Origin: Ignavibacteria bacterium UBA961
Lineage (GTDB): Bacteria > Bacteroidota > Ignavibacteria > Kapaibacteriales > UBA961
NCBI GenBank assembly: GCA_002293005.1
Contig: DBCJ01000128.1
Span: 6,204 to 54,054, forward strand
DNA: 47,851 nucleotides
Direction: 5' to 3'
In this document: positions 1 to 8,505 of the stretch, one piece after another
How positions within the stretch are numbered: position 1 is the stretch's first letter
Layout of the letters: every line of letters starts with the position of its first letter
Translations under genes and position numbers: made by a program
Notes under the pieces: model-generated
What the model saw: only the letters and a program-made list of their open reading frames with translations
Databases searched by the model: none
Told to the model about the DNA's origin: nothing

Positions 1-269
1 GTATCAAGCACTTCGCGATTTGTTGAATAAGACACTCCCAAATCACCTTGTACAAGTCTGAATACATATTTGGTGTATTGCTCATACATTGGTTTGTCAA
101 GGCCAAGTTGAACTCTCAATGCCTTGATTGATTGCTCATCGGCTCTCTGGCCAAGCATCAATCGGGCAGGATCACCCGGCAAAACAAAATTGATGAGAAA
201 TGCCGTGGTCACTACTCCGAAGAGCACTGCCAGTGCATAACCGACTTTTCGTATGATATATCCGATCAT
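1..269 (-). CDS. ABC transporter permease, DppB/OppB-type, N-terminal fragment (gene runs off the window)
   Basis: Not in the ORF track because it leaves the window. My reverse-strand translation from the ATG at 269..267 is MIGYIIRKVGYALAVLFGVVTTAFLINFVLPGDPARLMLGQRADEQSIKALRVQLGLDKPMYEQYTKYVFRLVQGDLGVSYSTNREVLD. This is the typical N-terminus of peptide/nickel ABC permeases (TM1, LPGDP, LGLDKP, GDLG.S). Confidence 0.75.
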   Translation of the reverse strand, partial: MIGYIIRKVGYALAVLFGVVTTAFLINFVLPGDPARLMLGQRADEQSIKALRVQLGLDKPMYEQYTKYVFRLVQGDLGVSYSTNREVLD

Positions 270-335
270 GGAGCAATCCATGCATTGTGGGCAATGAAGT
301 ATGGTCTCAGATTGAGAAGATGCAATTTACAAAGA

Positions 336-1193
336 TTAGATTCCTGATAAACCCTGCTCTTCCAAAGTTTCAGGGGAAATGCGAATCGGATCGGGCAGTG
401 GAAATCCTATGCAACGCTCAGCAATGGAAGAAAATGCATGTACAGAATCAGTGGTGAAAAGTCGAACAATCGGGAGTTCCCCGGCTTGTTTTTGTTCTTC
501 AATCTGTAAAATATTGCATAATTCCTTTGCCGCGGTTTCTCCGCAATCCAGCAATGAAATATCAGGTAAAGTCTTGCCAATTAGATCTTTCAATAAAGGA
601 TAATGCGTGCAACCAAGTACGAGGATGTCTATTCCCAATGCAAGAAATTCATGCAAATACTCATGAGCTATCATAGCGGCGGAAGGATGTTGCCCAAAAT
701 CTTCCTCCGCAAGAGGAACAAAAAGTGGACATGCTTTGGCATATACCTCAATGTTCAATCCTTTGCTCTCAGCCACATTTCCTATTTCATGCTCATAGGC
801 ATGCGAACCAATGGTTGCTCTCGTACCTATGATGCCAATTTTCTTGGTGATGCTTTGCTCAACGGCTGATACTGCCGCAGGATGAATCATTCCGATCACA
901 GGAACCGGACTGATATCTCTAGCAAGATCCAAAGCCAAGGCGGATGCCGTATTACAGGCAATGACAATTGCTTTTACATCAAAACTCAAGAGAAAATTCA
1001 CGCATTGGCGGGTATAATGTCTGATCGTTTCAGGAGATTTATTTCCATAGGGAACGCGAGCGGTATCACCCAAATACACGAATTCTTCGCCCGGCATGGA
1101 ATGAATGAGATGTTTCAGAACGGTGAGTCCACCGACTCCTGAGTCGAAGACCCCAATTGGCTGTGTTTGTGACTGTTGAGTGAATTCTGACAT
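336..1193 (-). CDS. murI: glutamate racemase
   Basis: 285-aa ORF with the GVFDSGVGGLTV N-terminal motif and both catalytic-Cys motifs (IACNTAS, LGCTHYP). Confidence 0.95.
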   Translation of the reverse strand: MSEFTQQSQTQPIGVFDSGVGGLTVLKHLIHSMPGEEFVYLGDTARVPYGNKSPETIRHYTRQCVNFLLSFDVKAIVIACNTASALALDLARDISPVPVIGMIHPAAVSAVEQSITKKIGIIGTRATIGSHAYEHEIGNVAESKGLNIEVYAKACPLFVPLAEEDFGQHPSAAMIAHEYLHEFLALGIDILVLGCTHYPLLKDLIGKTLPDISLLDCGETAAKELCNILQIEEQKQAGELPIVRLFTTDSVHAFSSIAERCIGFPLPDPIRISPETLEEQGLSGI

Positions 1194-1202
1194 TGGAGCA
1201 AC

Positions 1203-1610
1203 TCAATACTGTTCAGAAAGAGAGTCGAGTCTTTTCTCAAATCGCTTCATGGAATCATCCAAATCACTTTGTAATTTTTTGAATTGATCCTGAAGAGCTT
1301 TGTCATTTTCCTTGGATTGCTGTTCAAGTTGCAAATTTAAATCATCCAAATTCTCATCAATGGATGATATTTCCTGCTTCAAAACCTGTAATCTTTTTTT
1401 GAATCCCGTGAGAATCTGTTTTGTCTGCTGCTCATATTGTCCCTTGAATGTGAGCGTATTTTTCTTGAATCTCTCGGTTAATTGCAGAATTTGCTCATTC
1501 ATGATTTTGAGCACTTGTTTGGCCGCAGGGATATCCTTTTTTTCTTTTTGTTCTTGTGCCTGAAGTGTTACGGTAAACATCATTAGGGCAATGACTAGAA
1601 GTGTTTTCAT
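1203..1610 (-). CDS. secreted coiled-coil protein, possibly OmpH/Skp-like periplasmic chaperone
   Basis: 135-aa ORF with signal peptide MKTLLVIALMMFTVTLQAQ followed by continuous K/E/Q/L-rich heptad-like sequence. Its position directly upstream of murI fits the Skp-murI arrangement I recall from Bacteroidota. No diagnostic motif seen. The start overlaps the ptsN stop (ATGA at 1607..1610). Confidence 0.5.
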   Translation of the reverse strand: MKTLLVIALMMFTVTLQAQEQKEKKDIPAAKQVLKIMNEQILQLTERFKKNTLTFKGQYEQQTKQILTGFKKRLQVLKQEISSIDENLDDLNLQLEQQSKENDKALQDQFKKLQSDLDDSMKRFEKRLDSLSEQY

Positions 1611-2071
1611 CCCAATTCCTCTTCTTCGGATGCAAAGAGTGCAATAACTTGTTCTGGTTTTTCGGCAGCGGAGATGCTATCACGAAAACTATCTTTGTTC
1701 ATTAATCTTGAAATGCGAGAGAGAAGTCTTAGATGAGTTCCAACCGTATTTTCTCTACCAATGAGCATGAAGATGATGGTCACGGGTTGCTGATCCAATG
1801 CTTGGAAGTCAAGAGGTTCTTTCAATGTCATGAAAGCACCCACGGTCTCTGTGATATGATTCGTCTTGCCATGCGGGAGGGCAAAACCTTTGCCAATGCC
1901 GGTTGACATGATTTTCTCACGATCAAAGACTGCTTTTCGGGCTTCTTCCACTTTTGTGATATGTCCACCGGATGCCAAAGCGTCAATCATTGCATCCAAT
2001 GCAGCATCTTTTGTTGCAAATGTCGTATTCAGCAATATAGCTGAAGGCTGAAGGATATCGGTGATCTTCAT
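1607..2071 (-). CDS. ptsN: PTS EIIA type-2 domain protein, nitrogen-regulatory EIIA(Ntr)-like
   Basis: 154-aa ORF with a phosphorylatable His in GFALPHGK and the EIIA-2 layout (ILL..., TIIFMLIG, HLRLLSRISRLM). No sugar-PTS permease genes nearby. Confidence 0.85.
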   Translation of the reverse strand: MKITDILQPSAILLNTTFATKDAALDAMIDALASGGHITKVEEARKAVFDREKIMSTGIGKGFALPHGKTNHITETVGAFMTLKEPLDFQALDQQPVTIIFMLIGRENTVGTHLRLLSRISRLMNKDSFRDSISAAEKPEQVIALFASEEEELG

Positions 2072-2158
2072 ACTGGAGCGCCAATGAATGATATAGCAAT
2101 GTTTGCCGATGAATCGAGCAAGTATTGGGAATTGAAGTGCAAATCTATGGAATTCGCA

Positions 2159-4405
2159 TCAATGAACGATATGTATGGGATGCAAGATTGTAGAAAAAGG
2201 TGTGCTGATTTTTATGCCATGAAGTCCTGACGATAAACCATCAGGCAATGAAATGGAAAATGCCTGCATGCCCTGTTTTATTTCCAATTGCATTGTACTG
2301 CCTATCTTTCTGCCATCCAAACTGATGAATTCGAGCATTGCGATTCCTTGAAAAGGGGAATGAAATGAACAGTACACAAGATCTTTTGCAGGTTGAGGCA
2401 TGACTTTGAATTGCTTTATTTGCTGGTCATCTCCAATATTGCTGATGGGATTCTTCGGTATGAGTGATAGTAATTTTACTCCATGTGAAGGAATGCTGAA
2501 TTGCAATTCTTCACCAAGTAAACCCAATTCTTGATGAGACCATATATCCTTGATCATATATTGTATGTCTTTGGATAAGCCCAATGACTCTCTTGTTATG
2601 GACATCATTTGCTCACCAACATCATCTCGATTGAAGAATCCAATGGCGATTCCACCATGTGACAGTGGTTTTGTCCAAATCTCCTGCCATATATTTTTAA
2701 AGACTCTCCTTCCTTGAATACCGAGTGGATCTTGATGCATCGAGAGGACTTCATGATTTTTCAGCAATTGAAGAGTGAAAGGATCAATTGAATCCATGTG
2801 CATACTGATAATCAATGGGGAATTGAGCAAAGCCCAGAGTGAAACCTGGGTATACTGCTCATGAGCCGTGAGTTCTGTTTTCTTTGTGAATGGAAATGGT
2901 TGTGAATACCCCATGCGAAGATGATCCATATCATTCCAGCCATTGTGTCCTGCATATACTTCCAAACCTGCCTGACGGAATCCGACGATATTGGACATGC
3001 TCCACCAATTGTCTTGGATATCAGTGGTAGTTCTCCAAGCATGGCCCCCGACTGACCTGCCCCATTTCCACACATCATTATTGCCATATTGACAAAGCAT
3101 ATAAAATATGTCTTGATTACAATCTGACAATAATGTTCCAAGTTTTGCATACGGTGCTTTGGCTAATTCTTCCGGACTGAATTGATTGGTTTTCAAAAGC
3201 GAGTCATAGACTGTTTGATACCCGCACCAATCATATTTGACAAGATCGACTTTCAATGAGCAGAAATATTCTGCATCCTGAGCTTCATGATCAAGTGAAC
3301 CGGGTAATTGTACGCATGTATTCGATCCGGGAGAAGAATATATACCAACCTTAAAACCAAGCGTATGCAATGAATCTATCAATTTGGGAAGATTCGGAAA
3401 TTTTTTCGCGGGTTGTAAACCATTCATTGATGCTGAATGACTTGTATCCTGCCAGCCATCATCAATCAAGACATATTCAAAACCATAATCTTGGAGTCCG
3501 CTCGAGCGCAATGCATGAGCCGCTTTGTACATGTCTTGTTCTGTAACATATTCCCAATGTGCATACCAGGATGACCATCCAATGGGTGCAGAATATGAGA
3601 TTGTATCACCAATGCGGAATGAAAATGCATGTTCAGTTTTGCCAAGAGGGTTTTCCGCAATAATCGTAAGTGAATATGTACCGGGCTTTGCGATACTACC
3701 ACGAATCACTCTATAAGTGGAATCGAAATAGAGTCCAGATGGAAGCTCAGACATAGTCACATTGATGGGCTCAATACCTGTGATTGGTATATAATGTCTT
3801 ATCTCACTACCAGGTCTTGCGCCATATACACTTTTTCCATGAATCCTTGGAAGTAAGGATTCATCCGGAGTGAGTACAAACTCCTGTTCGATTGGTCTGA
3901 TAAATGGCTTGGGTATAAATCCATCTTTTACAATGATTCTTGTCTCCACCCAATTTGCATGATCTGAGAAGATATTGTCATTACCATCAAATACCAATAA
4001 TTCACATGTTTGTTTGCCAGTGAGATCTAATGAAAATGCTTTTGCATTTACAGTTCGATCCATGATGTCTGATCGCCAAAGAACTTCGCCATCGGCAATG
4101 ATCAAAAATTCGGCTGAACCTCTTTCAGGAAAAATTCCCTCATCGATTCCGGCAAGACCTTCAATTGTTATTGCCTTGCCATCGAGAGCAAGCGTGAATT
4201 TACTTCCTGCATGCGTTCCAACGCCGCGTTCATATACCTTTCCGGCAATTCGTAATGGTTTGCCCATCACTGATAGATTGATTCTTGGTCTTCCAAAATC
4301 CTGTTTGATTGCAGTTAGATCCAGCGAGGAAAGTTCAACGGTGTCAATCTGAGCAAATACCTGAACATGAATCAGCAATAATACTAAGCATCTAAAGATG
4401 TTCAT
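2159..4405 (-). CDS. secreted alpha-galactosidase (NPCBM domain + Ig-like linker + GH27 catalytic domain + T9SS C-terminal sorting domain)
   Basis: 748-aa ORF with signal peptide MNIFRCLVLLLIHVQVFAQ. NPCBM-like N-terminus (LSSLDL...GKVYERGVGTHAGS...AEFLIIADGEVLWRSDIM). GH27 motifs are GWSSWYAH...YVLIDDGWQ, VDLVKYDWCG (nucleophile Asp) and GWNDMDHL (acid/base Asp). The C-terminal ~80 aa (MPQPAKD...LEFISLDGRKIG...GLHGIKIS) resembles the T9SS CTD. Confidence 0.85.
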   Translation of the reverse strand: MNIFRCLVLLLIHVQVFAQIDTVELSSLDLTAIKQDFGRPRINLSVMGKPLRIAGKVYERGVGTHAGSKFTLALDGKAITIEGLAGIDEGIFPERGSAEFLIIADGEVLWRSDIMDRTVNAKAFSLDLTGKQTCELLVFDGNDNIFSDHANWVETRIIVKDGFIPKPFIRPIEQEFVLTPDESLLPRIHGKSVYGARPGSEIRHYIPITGIEPINVTMSELPSGLYFDSTYRVIRGSIAKPGTYSLTIIAENPLGKTEHAFSFRIGDTISYSAPIGWSSWYAHWEYVTEQDMYKAAHALRSSGLQDYGFEYVLIDDGWQDTSHSASMNGLQPAKKFPNLPKLIDSLHTLGFKVGIYSSPGSNTCVQLPGSLDHEAQDAEYFCSLKVDLVKYDWCGYQTVYDSLLKTNQFSPEELAKAPYAKLGTLLSDCNQDIFYMLCQYGNNDVWKWGRSVGGHAWRTTTDIQDNWWSMSNIVGFRQAGLEVYAGHNGWNDMDHLRMGYSQPFPFTKKTELTAHEQYTQVSLWALLNSPLIISMHMDSIDPFTLQLLKNHEVLSMHQDPLGIQGRRVFKNIWQEIWTKPLSHGGIAIGFFNRDDVGEQMMSITRESLGLSKDIQYMIKDIWSHQELGLLGEELQFSIPSHGVKLLSLIPKNPISNIGDDQQIKQFKVMPQPAKDLVYCSFHSPFQGIAMLEFISLDGRKIGSTMQLEIKQGMQAFSISLPDGLSSGLHGIKISTPFSTILHPIHIVH

Positions 4406-6906
4406 GATTGAGTTTCAGCCCAATTTGTGATCAATTGCTTATACTCTTCAGCGATATGCATTGCCGAAGAATCGGATGATGCTTCCACCGCTACAATGAA
4501 GGCAGGTCTTTCTTTGTCTGGAAATAATACAATAGTGGAATCCGGATTATTGACCGTGATGCCATCTATCAATGTTCTATCCATCTTCTCGGTATATTCC
4601 ATGGCTTTTCTCATAACAATTCCTTTCTTTTCCCATGGACATGGTATCGTATGATGCATTCGTGAGCGATAGGGTAATTGCTGATGAAGACCTGAGAATG
4701 TCAATCCCGTTTTTGCGAGCATGTCCAGACATTTTGCCAGAGAAAACATTCCATCGGAAGCAAATAAATAATCCGTAAATATGAATCTTCCTCTTGTATC
4801 ACCCGAGAACAATACATTGCGATCTTTTGTGGCTTCCATCATAGCTGAATGACTATTCTTGATTCGAATCACTTCAATATGATGATCTTTTGCTATCAGC
4901 TCAATATCCGTACTGGCAAGCATTGGAACTGCTATCGCATATGGCTCTCTGTCACGATGCGCTTCCATGAATAATTTCGTGAGTATTGTCAATAATCTAT
5001 TCGGTTGAAACCATTCTCCATCTGCATCAACCACTGCAATTTTCTCAGCAGATGCATCGATTTTAAAACCAAATTCATAGCTAAGGGATCGAATGATTTC
5101 ACTAGTCTCAGCGGCTTCTGAATCTGTTCTATCATCTGAAAATCCTTCGGCTGTATCAACATAACTATTCACGGCAACCACATGTACCCCAAGTGATCCA
5201 AGGAGAACAGGAAATGTTGTGGATGCCAATCCATTGGAATAATCAATCAATACTCGATATGCATGTTTTTTGATATTCTGAACATCGAGCGCGCCAATAA
5301 ATCTCATGGCATATGTTTCATTGCTTCTTTCAGGAAAAATGATGCTACCAACTTCATTATATGGCACCCTCTTGATATCCTCTCCAAAGAAAAATCGTTC
5401 GATTGTTTTGGATGTCGAATGAGGAATGTCACGACCATCATCATTGAATAAAATGATATCAATCGTATCAGGTTTTCGAATCGACCTTCTCACATGAAAT
5501 CCTGCATTCGCAGTTCCTGCTCTCAGATCTTGTCTGGCTTGAGGAATTGGTGTCACCTGTAAATCACGAACGGTGATTCCTGCACTCATGAGTCCTGAAA
5601 TCAATGAGCGATGTATCATTCGTGATGCGGCATCGGCATCACGACTTGCAACAACTTTTGCATGCATGCCGAGTGCATTGCCGATGGAGGTTCCGAGCTT
5701 TGCAGAGAATTCTGGATTGATGTCGATATTCGCAAGACCCGAAATACGCGAATCAGTGATGAGTTCTCTCAGCCAACGCTCTTCTTGTACGAGTGAGCGA
5801 TTAACGATCGCACCTTGTTCAATATGCTTTTTGGGCCATAGTTTGATATTGGAGGAAAGATGTGATCCATTGCCTATATGACAATGTTCTGCGATAAAGA
5901 CCTGTTCATTGATCGTTACGCCATTGCCGATGGAAGTGTCATTGCAAATCACATCATAACTTGCCATGATGCGATCACCAAGTCGAACATTATTCCAAAT
6001 GATGCAATTACTTAATTGTGCTCCGGCACCTATGTTAACATCATTACCAATGATGCACTGATGAATGGAGGAATTGGGTCCAATGCTGACTCTATCCCCA
6101 ATGATTGATCTTCCGCTCCACTTCACTGATTCAGAAATATTGCAGTGTTCTCCAAAGACTCCATGTTCTGATTTGCTTCCTTTGAAGTCAATTGCAACAT
6201 TATATTCCAGAATATCCTGACAAGCGCTCTGATATTCATGGAGATTACCGATATCTTTCCAATATCCAGTCGTGATATACCCAAATAGATTCATGTCTGA
6301 TCTGAGTAAATGGGGAAACAAATCTTTACCGAAATCATATTCTCTATCGGGTGGAATGAGTGCAAAGACTTCAGGTTCCAATATATACATGCCCGAATTG
6401 ATGGTGTCGGTGAACACTTCGCCCCAAGAAGGTTTCTCCAAAAAGCGTGTGATTCTTCCGTGCATGTCTGTCATCACAATGCCATAATGCAATGGGTCAT
6501 TGACTCTTGTCAATAATATCGTCGCCTGAGATTGTTTTTCTTTATGAAATGCAATGGCGGAAGAAATATCAATATCGGTCAATACATCACCACTCATCAC
6601 AAGAATGGGTTCATTGAAATCCTTTGCGGCATTACGAACGCTTCCTGCGGTTCCATAATCAGCATCTGCTTGCACATAGTTCATTGTGATGCCAAAAGCG
6701 GAACCATCCCCAAAATGCTCCTTTATTGATTCGGGTTGATAATACAATAAAGCCGTGATGTCTGTAATCCCGTGTTTTTTCAAGAGATTCACGATATGTT
6801 CCATCATGGGAATATTGGCAAGAGGCATCATTGGCTTTGGAATGCTCATGGTGAGTGGTCTTAATCTTGTGCCGAAACCACCGGCCATTATGACGGCTTT
6901 ATTCAT
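4402..6906 (-). CDS. sugar-1-phosphate nucleotidyltransferase (GlmU/ManC-like + left-handed beta-helix) fused to a phosphohexomutase-like C-terminal half
   Basis: 834-aa ORF. N-terminus is AVIMAGGFGTRLRPLT..PKPM (NTP-transferase G-loop). Hexapeptide-repeat region spans roughly aa 250-350. The C-terminal ~460 aa has PGM/PMM four-domain length and spacing, but its signature loops are divergent (see findings). The stop overlaps the alpha-galactosidase start (ATGA at 4402..4405). Confidence 0.85.
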   Translation of the reverse strand: MNKAVIMAGGFGTRLRPLTMSIPKPMMPLANIPMMEHIVNLLKKHGITDITALLYYQPESIKEHFGDGSAFGITMNYVQADADYGTAGSVRNAAKDFNEPILVMSGDVLTDIDISSAIAFHKEKQSQATILLTRVNDPLHYGIVMTDMHGRITRFLEKPSWGEVFTDTINSGMYILEPEVFALIPPDREYDFGKDLFPHLLRSDMNLFGYITTGYWKDIGNLHEYQSACQDILEYNVAIDFKGSKSEHGVFGEHCNISESVKWSGRSIIGDRVSIGPNSSIHQCIIGNDVNIGAGAQLSNCIIWNNVRLGDRIMASYDVICNDTSIGNGVTINEQVFIAEHCHIGNGSHLSSNIKLWPKKHIEQGAIVNRSLVQEERWLRELITDSRISGLANIDINPEFSAKLGTSIGNALGMHAKVVASRDADAASRMIHRSLISGLMSAGITVRDLQVTPIPQARQDLRAGTANAGFHVRRSIRKPDTIDIILFNDDGRDIPHSTSKTIERFFFGEDIKRVPYNEVGSIIFPERSNETYAMRFIGALDVQNIKKHAYRVLIDYSNGLASTTFPVLLGSLGVHVVAVNSYVDTAEGFSDDRTDSEAAETSEIIRSLSYEFGFKIDASAEKIAVVDADGEWFQPNRLLTILTKLFMEAHRDREPYAIAVPMLASTDIELIAKDHHIEVIRIKNSHSAMMEATKDRNVLFSGDTRGRFIFTDYLFASDGMFSLAKCLDMLAKTGLTFSGLHQQLPYRSRMHHTIPCPWEKKGIVMRKAMEYTEKMDRTLIDGITVNNPDSTIVLFPDKERPAFIVAVEASSDSSAMHIAEEYKQLITNWAETQS

Positions 6907-7071
6907 TGTATTGTAGTGATATTGATATTCGAACTAGGTAGAGTGGACAAATTAGAGATTATTTCTCGTGTTGACAATCATTTCGGTACTGCAAAGACAA
7001 GTTTCAAGCTTGACTTTCGTAATTTGCAATCCTTGAAACTTCGATAATTCACTTTTATTCTTTGATTTGCC

Positions 7072-8502
7072 ATGTTTTCCAAAATTTTGATAGCCAATCG
7101 CGGTGAGATTGCTCTTCGCATCATAGATACTTGCAAAAGAATGAATATTGCCACTGTTGCAGTGTATTCTCTTCCTGATGCCAATGCATTGCATGTGCAA
7201 ATGGCAGATGAAGCAGTGAATATAGGCGGCGCAACACCGAGAGAAAGCTATCTGGTGATTGAAAAAATCATTGATGCCGCTTTGAAAACAGGTGCTCAGG
7301 CAATTCATCCCGGATATGGATTTTTATCTGAAAATGCACAATTCGCAAAAGCTGTTGCTGATGCCGGTTTGATTTTCATCGGTCCTTCTCCTGAAGCAAT
7401 TCATGCACTTGGTGACAAAACAGAAGCAAGAGCATTGGCCATCAAAGCACAAGTTCCCATATCTCCCGGCTCGGAAGGAGCAATTTCGGATCCTAAAGAG
7501 ATCGCAATCATAGCGGAAAACATTGGATATCCGGTTCTATTGAAAGCAGCCGCAGGTGGTGGTGGAAAAGGAATGAGGCTGATTGAAGAACCAAGTGGAC
7601 TTCTGGCCGGATTGCATGCCGCACAAGGTGAGGCACTGGCATCATTCGGTGATGATAGAGTGTTCATTGAGAAATTCATCGTATCTCCAAGACATATTGA
7701 AATTCAAATCTTGGCAGATCAATATGGAACAATACTCTATTTCCCGGAAAGAGAATGTTCCGTGCAAAGAAGACATCAGAAGGTGGTTGAAGAATCACCG
7801 TCAACTGCGGTAACTCCTGAAATCAGAGCAAAGATGGGTGAAGCCGCGGCAAGACTTGTGGCAACATCAGGATATACCAATGCAGGAACATTGGAGTTCT
7901 TGCTTGATGCATTTGGAAATTTCTACTTCATGGAAGTAAATACGCGTTTGCAGGTTGAGCATCCCGTTACGGAAATGGTGACAGGCATAGATTTGGTTGA
8001 ACAACAATTGCGCATTGCTTCCGGTGAAAAACTCGCAATCTATCAACAAGATCTGGAGCCAAAAGGACATGCCATTGAATGTCGCATTTGTGCCGAAGAT
8101 GTATATAATGATTTCTTGCCTGAAACCGGCATCGCACATTATGTTGAATTACCCGAAGGTGAGGGAATTCGCAATGATACCGCTTTATTTGCCGGCTTTG
8201 AAGTATCTGTGAATTATGATTCAATGGTAGCAAAATTGATTTGTCATGGAAAGGATAGACAAGAAGCAATCGAAAAAACATTATATGCTTTGAAATCATA
8301 TCATTTAGCAGGACTACGCACAACAATACCATTCTGTCAATTCACATTAAATTCCGAGCCATTCAGATCAGGCGAGTATTCTACTGCATTTGTGTCAAAA
8401 TATTGGTCCGGTGAAATCCCAAAAGAAATCCATTCAATGATACTCGGCGCCGCTGTTTATGCTCATCATGAGTATGAAGAAAGAAGAATGCCGATTTATT
8501 GA
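7072..8502 (+). CDS. accC: biotin carboxylase (ATP-grasp subunit of a biotin-dependent carboxylase)
   Basis: 476-aa ORF with the KILIANRGEIALRI N-terminus, glycine loop AAAGGGGKGMR and EVNTRLQVEHPVTE motif. No BCCP or carboxyltransferase gene is adjacent, so the partner carboxylase is unknown. Confidence 0.9.
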   Translation: MFSKILIANRGEIALRIIDTCKRMNIATVAVYSLPDANALHVQMADEAVNIGGATPRESYLVIEKIIDAALKTGAQAIHPGYGFLSENAQFAKAVADAGLIFIGPSPEAIHALGDKTEARALAIKAQVPISPGSEGAISDPKEIAIIAENIGYPVLLKAAAGGGGKGMRLIEEPSGLLAGLHAAQGEALASFGDDRVFIEKFIVSPRHIEIQILADQYGTILYFPERECSVQRRHQKVVEESPSTAVTPEIRAKMGEAAARLVATSGYTNAGTLEFLLDAFGNFYFMEVNTRLQVEHPVTEMVTGIDLVEQQLRIASGEKLAIYQQDLEPKGHAIECRICAEDVYNDFLPETGIAHYVELPEGEGIRNDTALFAGFEVSVNYDSMVAKLICHGKDRQEAIEKTLYALKSYHLAGLRTTIPFCQFTLNSEPFRSGEYSTAFVSKYWSGEIPKEIHSMILGAAVYAHHEYEERRMPIY

Positions 8503-8505
8503 ATA

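Noticed and set aside
7020-7026. TAATTTG upstream of accC as a Bacteroidota-type -7 promoter box, with TTGACA at 6971..6976 as a -35
   Set aside because: TAATTTG is one T short of TAnnTTTG. The TTGACA has no acceptable -10 hexamer at 16-19 nt spacing. Neither is supportable as a promoter call.
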